Shown here: positions 1 to 15,000 of the stretch, piece by piece
How positions within the stretch are numbered: position 1 is the first letter of the stretch
How the letters are laid out: each line of letters begins with the position of its first letter
Assembly (NCBI GenBank): GCA_043228905.1
Contig: JBHGNT010000002.1
Location: 27,032,001 to 27,096,000 of the forward strand
Length of the DNA: 64,000 bases
Direction: 5' to 3'
DNA from: Azolla caroliniana
Taxonomy: Eukaryota > Plantae > Polypodiophyta
Translations under genes and position numbers: made by a program
The notes under the pieces: generated by a model
What the model saw: the letters and a program-made list of their open reading frames with translations, nothing else
What the model was told of the DNA's origin: nothing
Database searches by the model: none

Positions 1-92
1 ACTAGAGGTCTCCTTTTCCTTCTCAATCTGTTTTTGCGTACATTAGATTATAGACAGACTCGGAAATAACAAATAAAGCTCATGCTTTTCAG

Positions 93-3000
93 GAGCCTTG
101 CCTGCTTCAGCAAATTCGTATCTTCAATAAGTCTGTCATCGAGTGGGAGATTGCGCTTGGTTTGCGTTATAAGGTATGCGTTTCACGTCCTCAAGTTATT
201 CTTTAACTATGAGAGCTACTTATGAATAAGGAACACACAAAATTTCACATGCCGTATCAATTCATCTAATGTCAACAAAGTTTCAGTTTTGGATTGATGT
301 ACGAGGTTTTAATCTGTATGAAACGTGAGTGAGCATTGGAAGACAATCTTGTTGTCGTTGGGTTGTAGTGTTAAACAGGCCCAAACTGTCCTTTGTTGAG
401 ATGGACTTGTGGTTATTATGCTTAGGAGTTCTAGCAATTTCTCTCCAGCACGTTTGATCTCAAGCGTTAGTTATTCCAAACTGGCCCAAACTGTAGTCTT
501 AAACAGGCCCAAACTGTCCTTTGTTGAGATGGACTTGTGGTTATTATGCTTAGGAGTTCTAGTAATTTCTCTCCAGCACGTTTGATCTCAAGCGTTAGTT
601 ATTCCAAACTGGCCCAAACTGTAGTCTTAAACAGGCCCAAACTGTCCTTTGTTGAGGTGGACTTGTGGTTATTATGTTTAGGATTTATAGCAATTTCTCT
701 CCAGCACGTTTGTTCTCAAGCATTAGTTATTCCAAATCGTCGATCTTTATATTCTTCCATGACTCTGCATTGTGAAGAGACAAATAGTAAACATTGGAAT
801 GCCATACATGAACTTCCTTTAATTCCATGTATTGATGGTTCAATTCGCAGATATGATCCTCCAAATTTTACATGTAAACTGGCCTCTTATTTCCAATCTC
901 TGTGAGAAGAGCTCTTATTTGACATATCGCATTTTAAAGCACATGGGTGAAAAAAGAAAGAACGATATATTAAAGTCTTTTAAGAGGCCAAAACGGCCTA
1001 TCAGACCAAACAAGAGATTACATCTCAGATGTTGTATCGTCTTTGAGAACAACAAATGAAAATAAAATAAATGTCACCAAGTAAACATAAAAGTAAAAAA
1101 AAAAAAAGAAGACTAACAAATCTTGTTATCGGGCACATGTAAGATTCTCAAGTCAGATATATTGTAACTTTTGTCTTCGAAAGATCTCTAGCATAGGTTG
1201 ATCCAGAATTGAGAGATCTCTGAAGTGAGGGAAGCACCTGTGATGGAAGGAGATAATGGCCTTTATCTATTGATGACAAGGGTGGCAAGATCGTGGTCCA
1301 TGGGGCTGGTGCCTACGTGCGCGACAAATTTCTATTGCCCGATCTATTGAAACCCCTTTATTATGTCCTGGTCTGGAACCAATTTGTGTAGCCCTTGATT
1401 GACTTGTCACCTTAGTAGGAGTGCTGCAGCTAAAGAAAGTTGTGATTGTTCTTTGTGGATGATAAAACATCTGGTTTCATGTGTAACCATATTGAATGAT
1501 AACGAGTCAGTTTCCAACCAAGTGGCGCCTAGGGACAAAGCCAAGCTCACTTCAAATCCACGTTGTACTTGTTCTGAGTGTTCATTCCTCTTGCTTAGGT
1601 TATATCAGTTATGGGCTTTCAAGGATGTTGTGCAATGAGGGAACATCTATTTTCATAGCATGTGAAATAATTATTGCATTTGAGCATACCAACAATGAGG
1701 GCCCCCATTGCATTAAGTTAGAACAGTGCGGTAGGAATAAATCATGGTCACGAGTTCTGAAATATTCACTAATGGAATTATAACATTTTAAAGAATACAG
1801 ATAGAGTTGGAAAAGAAGAAATATCATTTTGAAGAACATGTAACTACTGTTTCCTTCTTTTTATCATGGCAGCCAGAATCATTCATGAAGGTGAGGACTC
1901 GATGTGAGGCCCCTCGGAGGGATTCTCAGTATATAACTAATTATGCACCTTGCCGATATGTGAGAATATCTTGTTTACGTGGAAACCCTATAGCTATATA
2001 CTCTGTACAGGTATTCATGAACATTGAATATGTGACATGTGCAATTACCATGTCCTATTCTTGCTTGCTTTCTTATACCTACGCGTGACATATTTTTGCG
2101 CAGTTAATAGGCATTTCTATGCCTGGACTTGAGCCAGAGTTTCAAAATCTGGTTGAACATTTATTGCCACAGTTAACATCGAATAAACTAGAAACGCAAG
2201 ATCTTTATCTACAGGTAAAAATACTATTTTCGTCAATGCAGTTCAATACATTTGTATAAACTACGCAAATAATCTAGAACTGTTTGATGACATATTTAAA
2301 TGGATTCCAGCTTGTTCGAGACATAATGGGGCGGTTGGCACCATTTGCTCCATATTTAGAGGTTTGTTTTGATTCATTAAGAGATCAAGAGGATCATACA
2401 TACGTTCCTTACTCTGCTATTTTGATGACTTGTAACAGACTGAGCTCAGTGTAAACAGTGAAGGAATAGAATCTACGCTCCGGCTACTAGCCATGCTGTC
2501 TGGTCCTTTCTATCCTATATTGATGGCAATAGATGAGAGGTGTGCTTGATGGCTTAGAGAAAATTCAGCATTGAGGAATTTCAAGTTGAAAATCTCAAGA
2601 TACTGTCTTTTTCAATTTTTCTGTAGGGAAAGGATGAAGAACTTGACCGCAGTGGATGTAGATCCTTCAAAAGGCAGCCAAACTTCATTATTTACAGTAT
2701 CTTCGAATTTCCAGGTGATACATTAAATTTGGTAATGATTGATGCTGTGAACAATAATCTTTGATTTTGCTTTCTTCATTTAATTATTTGTACAATAATG
2801 CCAAGTGGAAGCTTGAGTGCTGTCTTTCCATGGAAGTTTTGGGATAAGATAACAATAAAGCTAGTGCAATGGCACACAAGAATGGAATAATGGAAGACTG
2901 AAATGCAGGGTTAGTTGCAGGCCCAATTTCCAAATCCTTCGCAAACTCAATGCATAGGTCGCAGGCCTTATTTCTGATCATTTTCTCAAATTTGCACTTT

Positions 3001-6000
3001 CCTGCCACTCGACAGGAAGCTTTTGGGGCCTAATATTGTGCGCTGGTTTTTTACCAGATAATAGAAGGTTCAACTCCCTGCAGTTGATTGGCTGGAAAAG
3101 CAGTTTGCTGATTAGGTGTCAAAATTTTTATTAGTGTATTCACAAAAAAGAGAGTCCAATCTAGATATTTGCACTTTCATTTCTAGGTAGCCACTGTTAA
3201 GAATCTCTTGCTAATCAATAGACCAAATTAAAGTAAAAGAAACTTGAATAGATTGGATAGCAGAACCTGATCCTCCCGACTACCCCTGATCAAGACATAA
3301 CCAACTATCACCGACATCCCATACCGATGAATATTAGGATGATTGTACCTTCGAAGAGGTAACGCAACGACAACATTGTTGCAAAGCTGGCATATCTGGT
3401 CCTCTGAAGCTGTGTATATTGTCCAGTCTGTAACCTCAGCTGATAAAATGATATTCGGTCCTACTCATTGTGGTGTGAAGGGAATTTGATATGCATGTCT
3501 CCGTGTACTTGTCTTGAATAATGGAACAACATGAGGAATCTGTATCCACGTCATGTATATGGAGCCGACCTTTCGTTTGTGCACACCAGCCATTGGGTTC
3601 ACCCTATTCGAGCAATGTAGACGAGGCAAGAGCCAACCGTGGAGTGATCCATGGTTAATTCTCAGCTATGATGTATACAAGTCCTGGCTCACAAAATTGC
3701 TATTTGCTTATTGTGGCTGTTCCTGACTCAGCAGTAACTGTTCCTAATAGTACTGTTTTGATCCTTATCATGCGGGCGACCATCTTGAGTAATGACCTTT
3801 TGCAGTAGATTCACCCAATCTATCTATTTGAAATCTCATCAATGTAAAGGCCAAAGCTATGGGTTATAAGTAGGAGACTTATTTATGCCAATGGTACTGG
3901 ATGCCTTGTCAGATACTCCTCTCAGGACTCAAAGATTTCCTCATACTAATTAGTCCAAGATGATAATCCAACAATGAGGTATGTCACTATATAGGGGAGG
4001 GGCACATTATATAAACCAATGCTTTTTGCAAGCATAATAGAATCTGTTTTGAAGATACAAGTGGTAATGTGATGTTTTTCTTCAGGTTTCATCCCTATCT
4101 GTTGGTTTTTCTCTTATGGTTTCTTTTACAGGCACCACCAAGAAGGTCTCGTAGTCCAGTGTCATCTCAACTGTCAGTTGGTCATTCATTGGCATTTCGG
4201 CCGGATGTTGTTCTATCATTTATGAAAGTAGCATACAGGGACAATGATCTAGGAGCAGTCTGCAGGATGGTAAGGTGGGCTGAGGTCCTTTCATGATAAG
4301 AAAAATAGTTCTACTTTTGTATATCAAGAATTCCAGTTAATCCTTATATATAGTCATTGCTTTCCCAATTCAGTGCTAAATTAATGATGATTTCTTCTGA
4401 GCATTCAGGTCGCAAGGCTATTTTACAAGATTACAACACCTGTTACTCTAATGGAGTCAAACGGCGTTGCAGTTGAAGCTGACAATGATGAAATGGCAAG
4501 TATCGAGTCATCATTTTTGAGTTTCTCACAAAATGACTATTCATCCCTCTTTGGGGAAGAGTTCCATTTTGAAGATATTGTTGGAGATTCAAGAATATCA
4601 GCGCTTTTAGATATTTCAAGTGTAGAAGAAGGACTTCTCCATTTCCTCTATGCTAGTGTTGGAAAAGTAAGTTATGAACATTAGCTCTTCATTTCAGTGC
4701 CGTATTTTCTGAAATGTGTTAGCTTCCCCGTGTTTTCTCCATTTAGAAAGAAAGAATTTTTTTAAATAACTAATAAAGGGAAATATATGTCTCTGCAATG
4801 AATCACAGACTGGTTATATCCTATCGTGATTTTGAATTAGTCAAGTTCAAGTGAGCAGAGTCAATAAAGAGTGAGCAATAAGAGTGACAAGTCTGCAGCA
4901 AAAGACACCTATGTTGAAAATAATAAGTTTCTTCCACCTTTTCCATACCTTTTATCCCAAAGATTAGTCTATGGTGCCCTGGCATGAGCAAACTAGTCAT
5001 ATAATGCAAAACTAACTTTCCATTTGCTTTGGATAAACATGGCTTTGGTTGATAATGAAGGCATGCTCTCACTTCAGGGCCATAGGATTTTCTGAGTGAT
5101 GTGGTTTTGTTCAGATATTTAGTTCTAAATTTCTCCAAATTGTATATAATGTATCTTACATCTTCACCGGGCTATTTTGCAATCCTGAGCCATGTAAGCA
5201 TCTGTGCTTGCACGGGGATTGAATGTGTGAAGGTTTATCATCTAAATCATGTGACAAATTACCGAAGGAACTGATAATAATTCATTTTCAAGAATGTAAT
5301 AATGATGAACAACTACTTATTTCAGTGATGCTTTAGATAATCTTTTTATGGTCATGCTCATCAGCCTATTAACTTTATGCAGCCTCTTCTTTGTCGAAGG
5401 CTAGCTGAAGTAAAACCAGATATGTTATCGGTTCTACCATTCATCCAAGCTATTCTTCCAGGTATGATTAAGCTTATAATCACATTCTATTACTTTGTAA
5501 ACGTAAATCTTTGAGTCCTCTCGTCTGTTTTGGTAGCACTTCGTCCCCCATCTATTAATCTTATGGACCAGCCAGATGAAGGTTTTAGTGCATGGCAAAA
5601 TCCACTGGTTCAACGTGCACTATCACAGGTTAAGAAGTTTCTTTTTTGATGCTAAAGACAGTCCTTACATTTTTTTGAATTTACAGTATAACTCAATGAA
5701 TAGGTAATTCATGCCCTCAACAGGTTGTCTCGTTGATGACGACACCATTGTATAAACCTCTGCTAGATGGTTGTGCTGGTTACTTGTCATCCTTTTCACT
5801 TGCTCATGTATGTCTGATTTATAAATCTGTTATAGCTAGGGAGTCATTATTTTGTCATATTTGGTAAACATGCCTCTGATAATTGTTAAATGCAGGAAAG
5901 GGCTGCGTGTGTCATCATCGACCTATGTTCTGGCCCACTTAATACATGGCTACCAATGATTGTTGCGAAGGTCTGCAAGTCTTTTCATCTCTATATTATT

Positions 6001-9000
6001 TATTTTTATTTTTGTGCTTACAAGAAATTAGTCATATTATATATGGTTGATTCTAATTATTTAAGCAGATCGATCTTGCCTTTGAACTTGTAGAGGGAAT
6101 TTTGCCTTTCATACAGGTATTCTCTTACTCATATGGATATAACTTTTTGCCATTGTTTTAGCAGTCTTATGATCTTGTAGTTTCATAGTTAAAACATGAG
6201 ATGCAGTGACATGTTTCTCTGGAATTATGATATTGTAACACTATCATCGTGTTGTTTCATACATTTAGCAGGTGACTGACAAAGGAACAGCTCGAGTCCG
6301 AGCTGCCTTGATCTATGTCATGATAGGGCTTTCAGGACACATGGATGAGTTTCTGGCAATGTATAAGGTTAATTCCTATCTGGGATAGCCTTAAAGTGTT
6401 AAACTCAAATGTACTGTTTTCTGAAACAAATATTGATTTGCAGGACGTAAAGCACAACTTGATTTTTGTCATAGAGATTCTGGAACCATACCTCAGGCCG
6501 GTGATAACTCCAATCAAGAATATGATTGCATTTGGTGATGTGTCGACGGTACTAACAGAGGAACAAGAACGTATATGTTCATTGGCACTGGACATCCTAA
6601 AAGCAGCCTTAAATAAACCCACTATTCTTCCAGCACTTGAAACAGAATGGAGGAAAGGCGATGTCAAACCAAGGTTTTAGACACATTTTTGAGCGATTTT
6701 ATAAAAAATAATTAAGAGTAATAGTTATGGGAGAATGTTATTATGAATAGTATTGAGGTGCATGAGAAAGACCTCCAAGAAGAGATAATTGTCATTTATG
6801 AGTACCCTTCCAAGAAGAATAGTATTGGGAATAAGCTCTTGTCTGAGAAATACCTCCAAGAAGATACGATTGTCATTCACTAGTATGTTTCCAATGAGGT
6901 GTATCATGACTTGGCCAAATAATATGGCTTGATCCTAGAGTCAGATCAAGTGTATGGGCAAAGTGAAATGACTGCCTCTAAACTTGACAGGCAGATTTTT
7001 GAAAGCGCCTCACACATTTTGGATCAGATATTGACCCTGTCCTCCTTAGGGAAGGAAGAGCCTGTAAAATGAGAATCTATCGTTGCTTTGTGGTTTTTCG
7101 GATGGCTTTCGATGTTCTACATTGAAGCTCTATCACATCCTCCCTCATGCAGCAACTGGAACCCCTTGGAGTCTGGGTAGATATTTAATGGGTAGTCTCT
7201 GCACTATATGAATTAATATTAGAAAAAGCGTGTGATACTAATGGTTGGTCTAAGGTTGCTGCTAGCATAATTGGAGTGAAACAAGGATACCCACTATCAC
7301 CCATTCTCGCAAATATCACGAATGCTAGAAAGGTTATGGTTAATATTTTGTAGCTTACCCTCTTCTCTGTATGCCATTTTAGCTCTAAGATATACCCTCC
7401 TAGTGTCTTTATGTCTGGTGTATCTAATAATCGGGAGAGGATGGGAGAAGGTCCAAGTATGTCTTTGAATTTTTCCTTTATCTCAACATAAGCTGGACTT
7501 TTGCATGTAAAATGATACTCATCCTCTATCTCTATGTGACATAATCTACATATCCTTCTATCTCAAAGAACTCCATTAACATGACCATTTTCAATCTCAA
7601 GTTGATGGGATGATACTCTAAATTGTCCAATGACAACCCTTCGTGCATTTGGTAAGAACATAGCTAGATATTTTGGTCGTGTAATAAATCCTAACTGAGA
7701 AAAATGCATGAAATGTTCGTTATAGTACAACATTTTGGATGGGAGTGGCTCTAGTTCGTTGATCCATCTATGTCGAGTATAAGTTTGTCATATTTCTTGG
7801 CATATGACTTTATTACAGTCCCCATGGGAAATTGAAGTTTGATCTGTCTTGTGATCCTACCCAAGGGGAGGTAGGTTATTAATGTCAAGGCCGTTTGCGG
7901 AAAGCCACCTTACCTTAGTACTATACCAAGAGCTAGTATCTCCGGACTCAGAGTGATCGAGATGCCTCGAAAACTTGATGAGATATCCTATCTTGTGATT
8001 GGCTATGTTTCCTATTAATAAAAACTACTAGTTGAAAAAGTGCTTCAATTAGCATAGGGAGTAAAGTGAACTCTTCTCTAATGATTTCTTGTGGCACCGT
8101 TAACCCTTCCACAGTAAGTATATTCTATAGCATCACTTGAAAGCTCTAAGAGATCTTCCCGAATTTTTGATTTAGTTATATTGTTTTGGTTTTGTTTCAA
8201 AGTTGAGACAATTTTCAGATGTATTGTCTCATTTTGTCTCATAGACAATTCTGGTATCTTAAAGGAAAATTATCTATCTTTCTTTCTTTCCTGCAATGAC
8301 ACACTCCTCCCACTTTGTCTTTGATCCTGGACATTTTTGATAACGACAGATTGTAACTGCCATGAATATCTAGTTAGGTGATTATTCTTGATTCTCTTTT
8401 AATTATCACTAGCCTATGTTGCTGCTTTTGCTTTATGCTCTTGTGAAGTGTCCCATTATGCAGAAGCAGATCCTTCGTATTCTCATCAATTCCTTGTAGG
8501 GTCTCAATACAACACATCAAAGGGGCTACAATAGATTGGGTAATAAGATTTATTTGTGCATGTAGGCCACATCCCTTTGGACCATGACCCCCTCATGTTT
8601 GCGATCAACAGATAAAGGCCTTTATCTCCTAACACTAAAGGTTCTTCCTTCGCTTCGTAGACCTTTCCATCTTGGATCAGCCCATATTGAAGATACTTTG
8701 AAAGGCAAAAGTTTCAGTCCATCAGTGCAGAAAGTTAAGTGTCTAGCTAATGATATTCTCTGGTACTACAGGTAGTTTTGCTAACTTTTTTAAATTTATT
8801 TGGTTTTTTAGTTCTCCAAGATGAGACAGCATTTTAAGATGTAATCTCTCATTTGGTCAGTTAGACTAGTTTGGCTTATTAAAAGATATTAATACATATT
8901 TCCTTCTTTCTTTTTGTGTGTCATCAATATTTGTCTTATATACAGTCCATATATTTGTCCCCTCAATAAAGTACCTTAAATCAAGCTCATTTAATTGTGG

Positions 9001-12000
9001 AGGAAACTTAAAGAATTGTGCTATGTGGGAACAAACTCTGCAGTGCTCAAGTGCAATAGCTGAGGAGAGACTTGCATTACTTGAGGGAGGGCAGAATATA
9101 AAATATAAAATATAAAACATAAAATATGAAACATAAAATATGAAACATAAAATATGAAACATAAAATATGAAATATAAAATATAAAATATGAAATATAAA
9201 ATATAAAATATGAAATATAAAATAGAAAATATGAAATATAAAATATAAAATATAAAATATAAAATATAAAATATAAAATATAAAATATAAAATATAAAAT
9301 ATAAAATATGGAAGTTTTAGATTTAGACATGTGGATGTCTTAATAATATTCTTTTGGGCTGTCTTTTGAATGCAGTTTACTGCTGTCTATTCTGGCTCCA
9401 CAATTGCTGCTTCCACCTGATATAGACTCTCGGAAAGTTGCTGCAGAGATGGAAGAGGAAAGTACTGGTAAATCTGCACATCAGCTTAATGGAATGGTAC
9501 CACTGCCTTCAGTTGCCGAAGAAGAATCTGCAACCAAGTCAGAGTTGTTATTACCTATTGATAATCTTGAAGATCCTAGTTCTTTTTTTCTTCCGATAGA
9601 GCTAAAATTCATGAACTGGAAAATATTATCCAGCTCTCCTCCAGATACCCATGATTTTGGGCAGTTTCCTTTGAAAGGTGAGCCAAACAATGGTGGAGAG
9701 ATCAAGGAATCTGTGCCTCCAGAAATTTCAACATCAGATACACAAGTGGACGAGCAGTTTATAAATCTTCAAATAGATTATTTGCAACTTTCCAATTTCC
9801 AGGAACGGGAGCTTAGAGCTGCTGAGTTTGTTCATTTTGCCACTGAGCTACACTTACAAGATAGGACATTAGACAACCATCAAGCTGCAATAGATGCTAT
9901 GCTATTGGCAGTTGAATGCCATTTAAATCCTCTCTTTATGTTTCAACCACTAGAGTATGATGAGATTTTAAATAAAATTAGAAAGTCTGGTGGTCAAATT
10001 GCCCAGAAACTTAACTTGAATAGAGGCAGTCTAAAACAGACTGGACTAGATAATTTTTTTTCTCTCGAGGAAGAACGAGATAAAGCTGTTCTTGAAATTC
10101 TTTTAAAAGCTGCAGAGTGGGATAGTGTGGTCATGGAAAAGGTATATGAAGGCTTGCAGACTTCAGATTCATTCTTTGGCTGTTCTGATACTGTATTTGG
10201 AGATGCTGGTGTTTCTATAGAGAATATGATTGATGCAACAACCATTGTTCGCAAACATCAAAACCTTCTTTGCAGATTCTTGACTGTGCAGTTGCAAAAG
10301 GAACACGATTATATCAGGGAAGGCCTTTTGCAAGGGCTTCTTTTTATTCTATGTTCTTCAACAGAGTTGTCATGCCCACCAGAACAAGTTGTGGACATCA
10401 TTTTGAGAGCTGCAAAGCAACTCAATGTCTCCCTTCGCTCTAAAACTCCAACTCAAAAGCTCTGGAATACCGTATCACTGACATCATTATCTCTCCGTAG
10501 GCAATGGGTCCTGTTATGCAGGCTGGTGGCTGCAGCAAGCGGTGGTCAGTCAGTAGGTGAGGATGAAGAATTTGGCACTTCTGAGATTGTCTACTTCAAG
10601 GAATTGTTGCCAGCATCTGCTTGGGTATCCAAAATAGCTGACTTTTCATCGTCCTCATTTCCTATTGTGCGTTTCATCGGTTGGAAAGGATTGGCACGGT
10701 TTGCCAAGTCTCAACAGAAAACAGGAAGTTTTCTTGCACCTGACCTCAATCAATTATCTTTCTTACTCTCAGTTTTTGCTGATGATCTGATGTCATCGGG
10801 GCTTTCCCAAATGAAATGGGCAGGATTGACTCAAGAAAACCAAGCAGATATTAATATGAATGATACTAGCGAACAATATAGTTTTGGTGATGCTTCTAAT
10901 TTCTTATATCCTGAATTAGATCTAATTTGTCCTAGTCTGAGGAAAGAGTTCGCTGCAAATGCTTTTGTGTTGCTTGGGGGAGTGTGTTTGCAATTGAAAT
11001 GTGTCCCTGCATCTGCTATTCCAGATCTTTTAAGCTGGTTCTCAGAGATTTGTTATCATCCTTATTTTCAAGAAAAAGGAACCAGTTCACAATGCTCTAT
11101 GATGGCAAAAGGATATTCCGCAGCAAACATCAGGTTTGTAATACTCAAGCTGTTAGAGGTTATATTAGTGGAGCATATGGAATCTGTAATGCCAGAGCTT
11201 CCCAGGGTCATTGGGGTGGTTCTATCTCTTTGTGATAGCGCGTACTGTGACATTTTCTTGCTTGATTCTGTGCTCAAAGCTCTGAAGCCAGTCATATCCT
11301 ATGCTGTAGCATCGTTGGCTTCTGTTGAACTTCAGATAGATGACTCTGGCATCTTGACATTTGAGTCATTGTGCTTCAATGCATTAATGGAGAAACTGCA
11401 GAGTGGTCCCATTTCTAAGAAGGAAGAGACATCCAGAGGGGCGTTCCTGCTTTTTCTTTCTGGTGCTGTTCTATCTGATGTGTCAGTTGTGAAACGATTG
11501 CAGCTTATGCATTTATTGAGTAAATGGGCGAAGTTTACCAGCTATAGTGTAGTACCCTCTTACTACAACTATTTATTTGCATTTCAAAAGATTTTTGAGG
11601 CTTATCAATGGCTGCTTGAAAAGTCTATGAATGAGGTAGGCATTTCACTGGAAATGGTTGCAATGGGATTGAAAAAGTCCCCTAAAGAAGTAAACTCTAT
11701 TGAAGTTATGCTGGACTCTATTCCAATGAGCCATAATTTAATCAAGCCACCAGAATCTGAGTTATCCATCAAAGAGATCCTTTCAAATGATCAGCAGCAA
11801 GATAATTCAAGTAATGTGGCCAATGAAAGCTATGGTCTATCAGTGGTGAAAACAGCATGTACATTGTTCTCAGACAGTTATGATTTACTGGAGTTTGGGA
11901 AATGCATTAGCAGTTTACTATTGGCCTTAGGTCCATCATTAGAAACAGCATGGAAATTGCATCCTGACCTTTCATCGAAGATCACTAAATCAGCAGCATG

Positions 12001-15000
12001 TTGCCTGATGACATGGAGTCTACTCAATAAAGGATTCTCCGTATTATCTAGTTCGATGCAAACTAATGTTCAGCAAATTAGTGATTTAAGCCAAATTTTC
12101 AAGCAAGGAAGAGGGCAAACTATTGAAATCTATAGAGCTGCTCTTGATACGGTTTGCCAGGTTGTTTTGACTTTCCAGAAGTCAAATTGCTGGCAAGTTG
12201 CCTCATGTATGATAGATTTTCTTTTCATTCAACCTTCAGCATCGGAAGTCCTTGCAATTATCCCATCACTGTTTACAGTACTACAATTCCAGTGTATTCA
12301 TGCCCCAAGGGTCACTTGGAGACAATGCACGGGAAAATGGCTATCCCAGGTTATCAGCACCATTTCTGTTGATTCAAATGTCCCAACTGATCCTATAGCT
12401 GAGATTTTTAAGATCCTATTGGAACATAAAGAACCAGAACAAAGAATGGCGGCTCTTCAGCAGTTAGATAGTTTAGCAAAGCTTGTAGATCCACACAGAG
12501 GTAGTATATATTCTGGCAGAGAAAATATAGCCAAGAAAGAGTTTATCTGTGCTATAGTTACTTCAACATGGGATACTGTATCTTCAATGGCTGCGTGGGA
12601 TCTGTGTGCAAGTATTAGACAGCAAGCTGTTGAAGTACTGATTGACTTTGTACCATTAGCTCAAGCACAATATTTGCAGAGGCTTCTTAGCTCAGCAGAT
12701 GCATTCGTACCAGGTTTAGCAAAAGTATCATACACAATGAGTGACACTGCTGTTATTAGGACATCTCTTGCGTTGCTCTCACGTGTATGTTTATACTCAA
12801 CAATGGAGGACATTAACATGATCCCTTCTCGTGTGTGGAGTAGTTTGGACGCTCTCTCCAAGCAAAAGCCTGGTGATTTTCTTTCTTTCTCTCTCTCTCT
12901 CTCTCTCTATAATTTTTGAAGAATAGTAGATGTATTACTTCGAAGTATCATATATTGTTTCCATAGTTCCCAAAAGTGTCTGAGTCTCTGATATCTACAA
13001 TGGTAATAAAGCAGCACAACTAAAAATATTAGTATTTATGTCAATGACACAGGAAAGGGTGAATGTTCCAATATAAGGCCTGGGCATAATGTATGAAATA
13101 GAATATACATTAATATGATCCCTTCTAATGTGGAGCAGTAAGGAAATTCTATCCAAGTAAAACCGTAGTGACTTTTTGTTTCTTTTCTCCTACTTTAAAA
13201 GATTTTATAAAGATTCCACAGTTATTTGTAAGCTTGTTTGACTCGAGAGATATACAAAGAAAATATAAGAAGCATACTTGTGTAAGTTACTGTAGATACC
13301 ATAGTCACAAAAGAGGGGGTCGCAGGAAACTTAACTATGTAAATGATTGTATATATGATAGTTGCAAGGGAGGGCGCTGGGGATATGGACCGATAACAGG
13401 GATGGAATGATATGTATTTTATTAAAATATACATAATGTATGTTAAGCACCTAAAGTGTAGACAAAGGTAAAGTTTGATTTGATGTACACTAAACATTAA
13501 TTATCTATTCAAAATCCACTATACAACCACAGTGTGTAAGGTGTAGTGACCAATCTATCAGAATGAAGCCAATTATCAGAAAGAAGAAAAAAAGAAAAAA
13601 TATTAAATTCTTTTAAGAGGCAAAAATGGCCTATAAGCCCAAACAAGAGATTACTTCTCAAGTGTTGACTCGTCTTTGAGAACAACAAATCAAAATAAAA
13701 TAAATATTATGAAGTAATTAAGATAAAAAGAGACTGAAGAATCTGGTTTTCAGCACATGTAAGATTCTCAAGTTAGATTATTACAACTTTTGTCTTTGAA
13801 AGATCTCTAGCATAGGTCGATCCAGAATGGAGAGGTCTCCGAAGTGAGGGAAGCACATACAATGGCAGGAGATAATGGTCTTTACCTGTCGATGATAAGG
13901 GTGGCGAGGTTGTGATCCATGGGGCCGGGGCTTACGTGCTCGACAAATTGCTATTGACCGATCTATTGTAACCCCTTTGTTATGGCGTGGTCGGGAGCCC
14001 ATTTGTGTAGCCCTTGATTGAGTTGTAGCATTAGTAGGAGTGATGGGGCTAAAGAAAGCTTTGATTGTTCTTTGTTGATGAGCTTGTGTGGTTGTATTGT
14101 TGTTCTAAAACAACTTCTCCCTGTATCTATTGGGTTTGAGCAAGAAAAGCTGCAGACATTGTTGGTCCTCATATTCAATTACCTTATGTAGTGAACCAAA
14201 GCCTTGGTTAAAGAGGTAATGATATCTCTCTCCTATTTCATAAAATATAATGCAGTGACAGACGTAGAGTTCTTCTAATTTGGCCCTTTAAGAAGACATT
14301 TGTATATCTTGTACCTAAAGCCATTTTACTACGTTGCCTATGTATATTTATGGTGTTCTTTTGTTCTCCAAGGTGAGCAACATTTTGAGAGGCAATCTTT
14401 CGCTCAGTATCATAAGCACTTTTGATGTCATTATCTCTCTTACTCTCTTTCTTAAAAATTCAGAAATTTATAATCTTGAATTTACCATAGAGTGTACAGA
14501 GGAATTCTGGCAACAGCAGAAACCTCAAGTACTGGGATATAAGATACTGGACCATACCATTACTGGATCAAGGAAATAATTACTCACAATGTCTGATACA
14601 CCTGAGGGCACCCAGATGCATGCTGTTAACTTTGTTGTAGCCTCACTCAACCATATCAACCAACCTCAGATACTGTATCCTTTCACCACTATTCAGCCCG
14701 TACATATTAGTTATATTCCTCATGGTTGTATATCATCTGTAGAATCATTCCACCACATGCATTAAGATCAGTATCATAGATCTTCAGGAAATCTAGAGCT
14801 TTTTTTTGTTTCAGTGTGAATAACATTGAATTCACACATCGTTGTAATCAGGATTTGTCTCTTAGGACGATTTTGGCCTCTTATAGAATTAAAATATCTT
14901 TCCTTCTTTTGTCCCAAAGCAACAGTGGGACAATATTGTAAGGTGCTGCATGGGCCCTGCAATTTCCTGTATCGAGGTTTCCTTGGATAAAATATTATTG

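Noticed and set aside
537-905. 122-aa ORF
   Set aside because: Lies within the 128-bp tandem repeat in an intron and has no recognisable motif.
8866-9330. 154-aa hydrophobic YFIFYIL ORF resembling a membrane protein
   Set aside because: It is the translation of the AAAATAT microsatellite.
9404-12919. 1171-aa ORF as a standalone gene
   Set aside because: It is an internal exon (9376-12872) of the multi-exon gene; it has no ATG start and runs into a CT-repeat intron.
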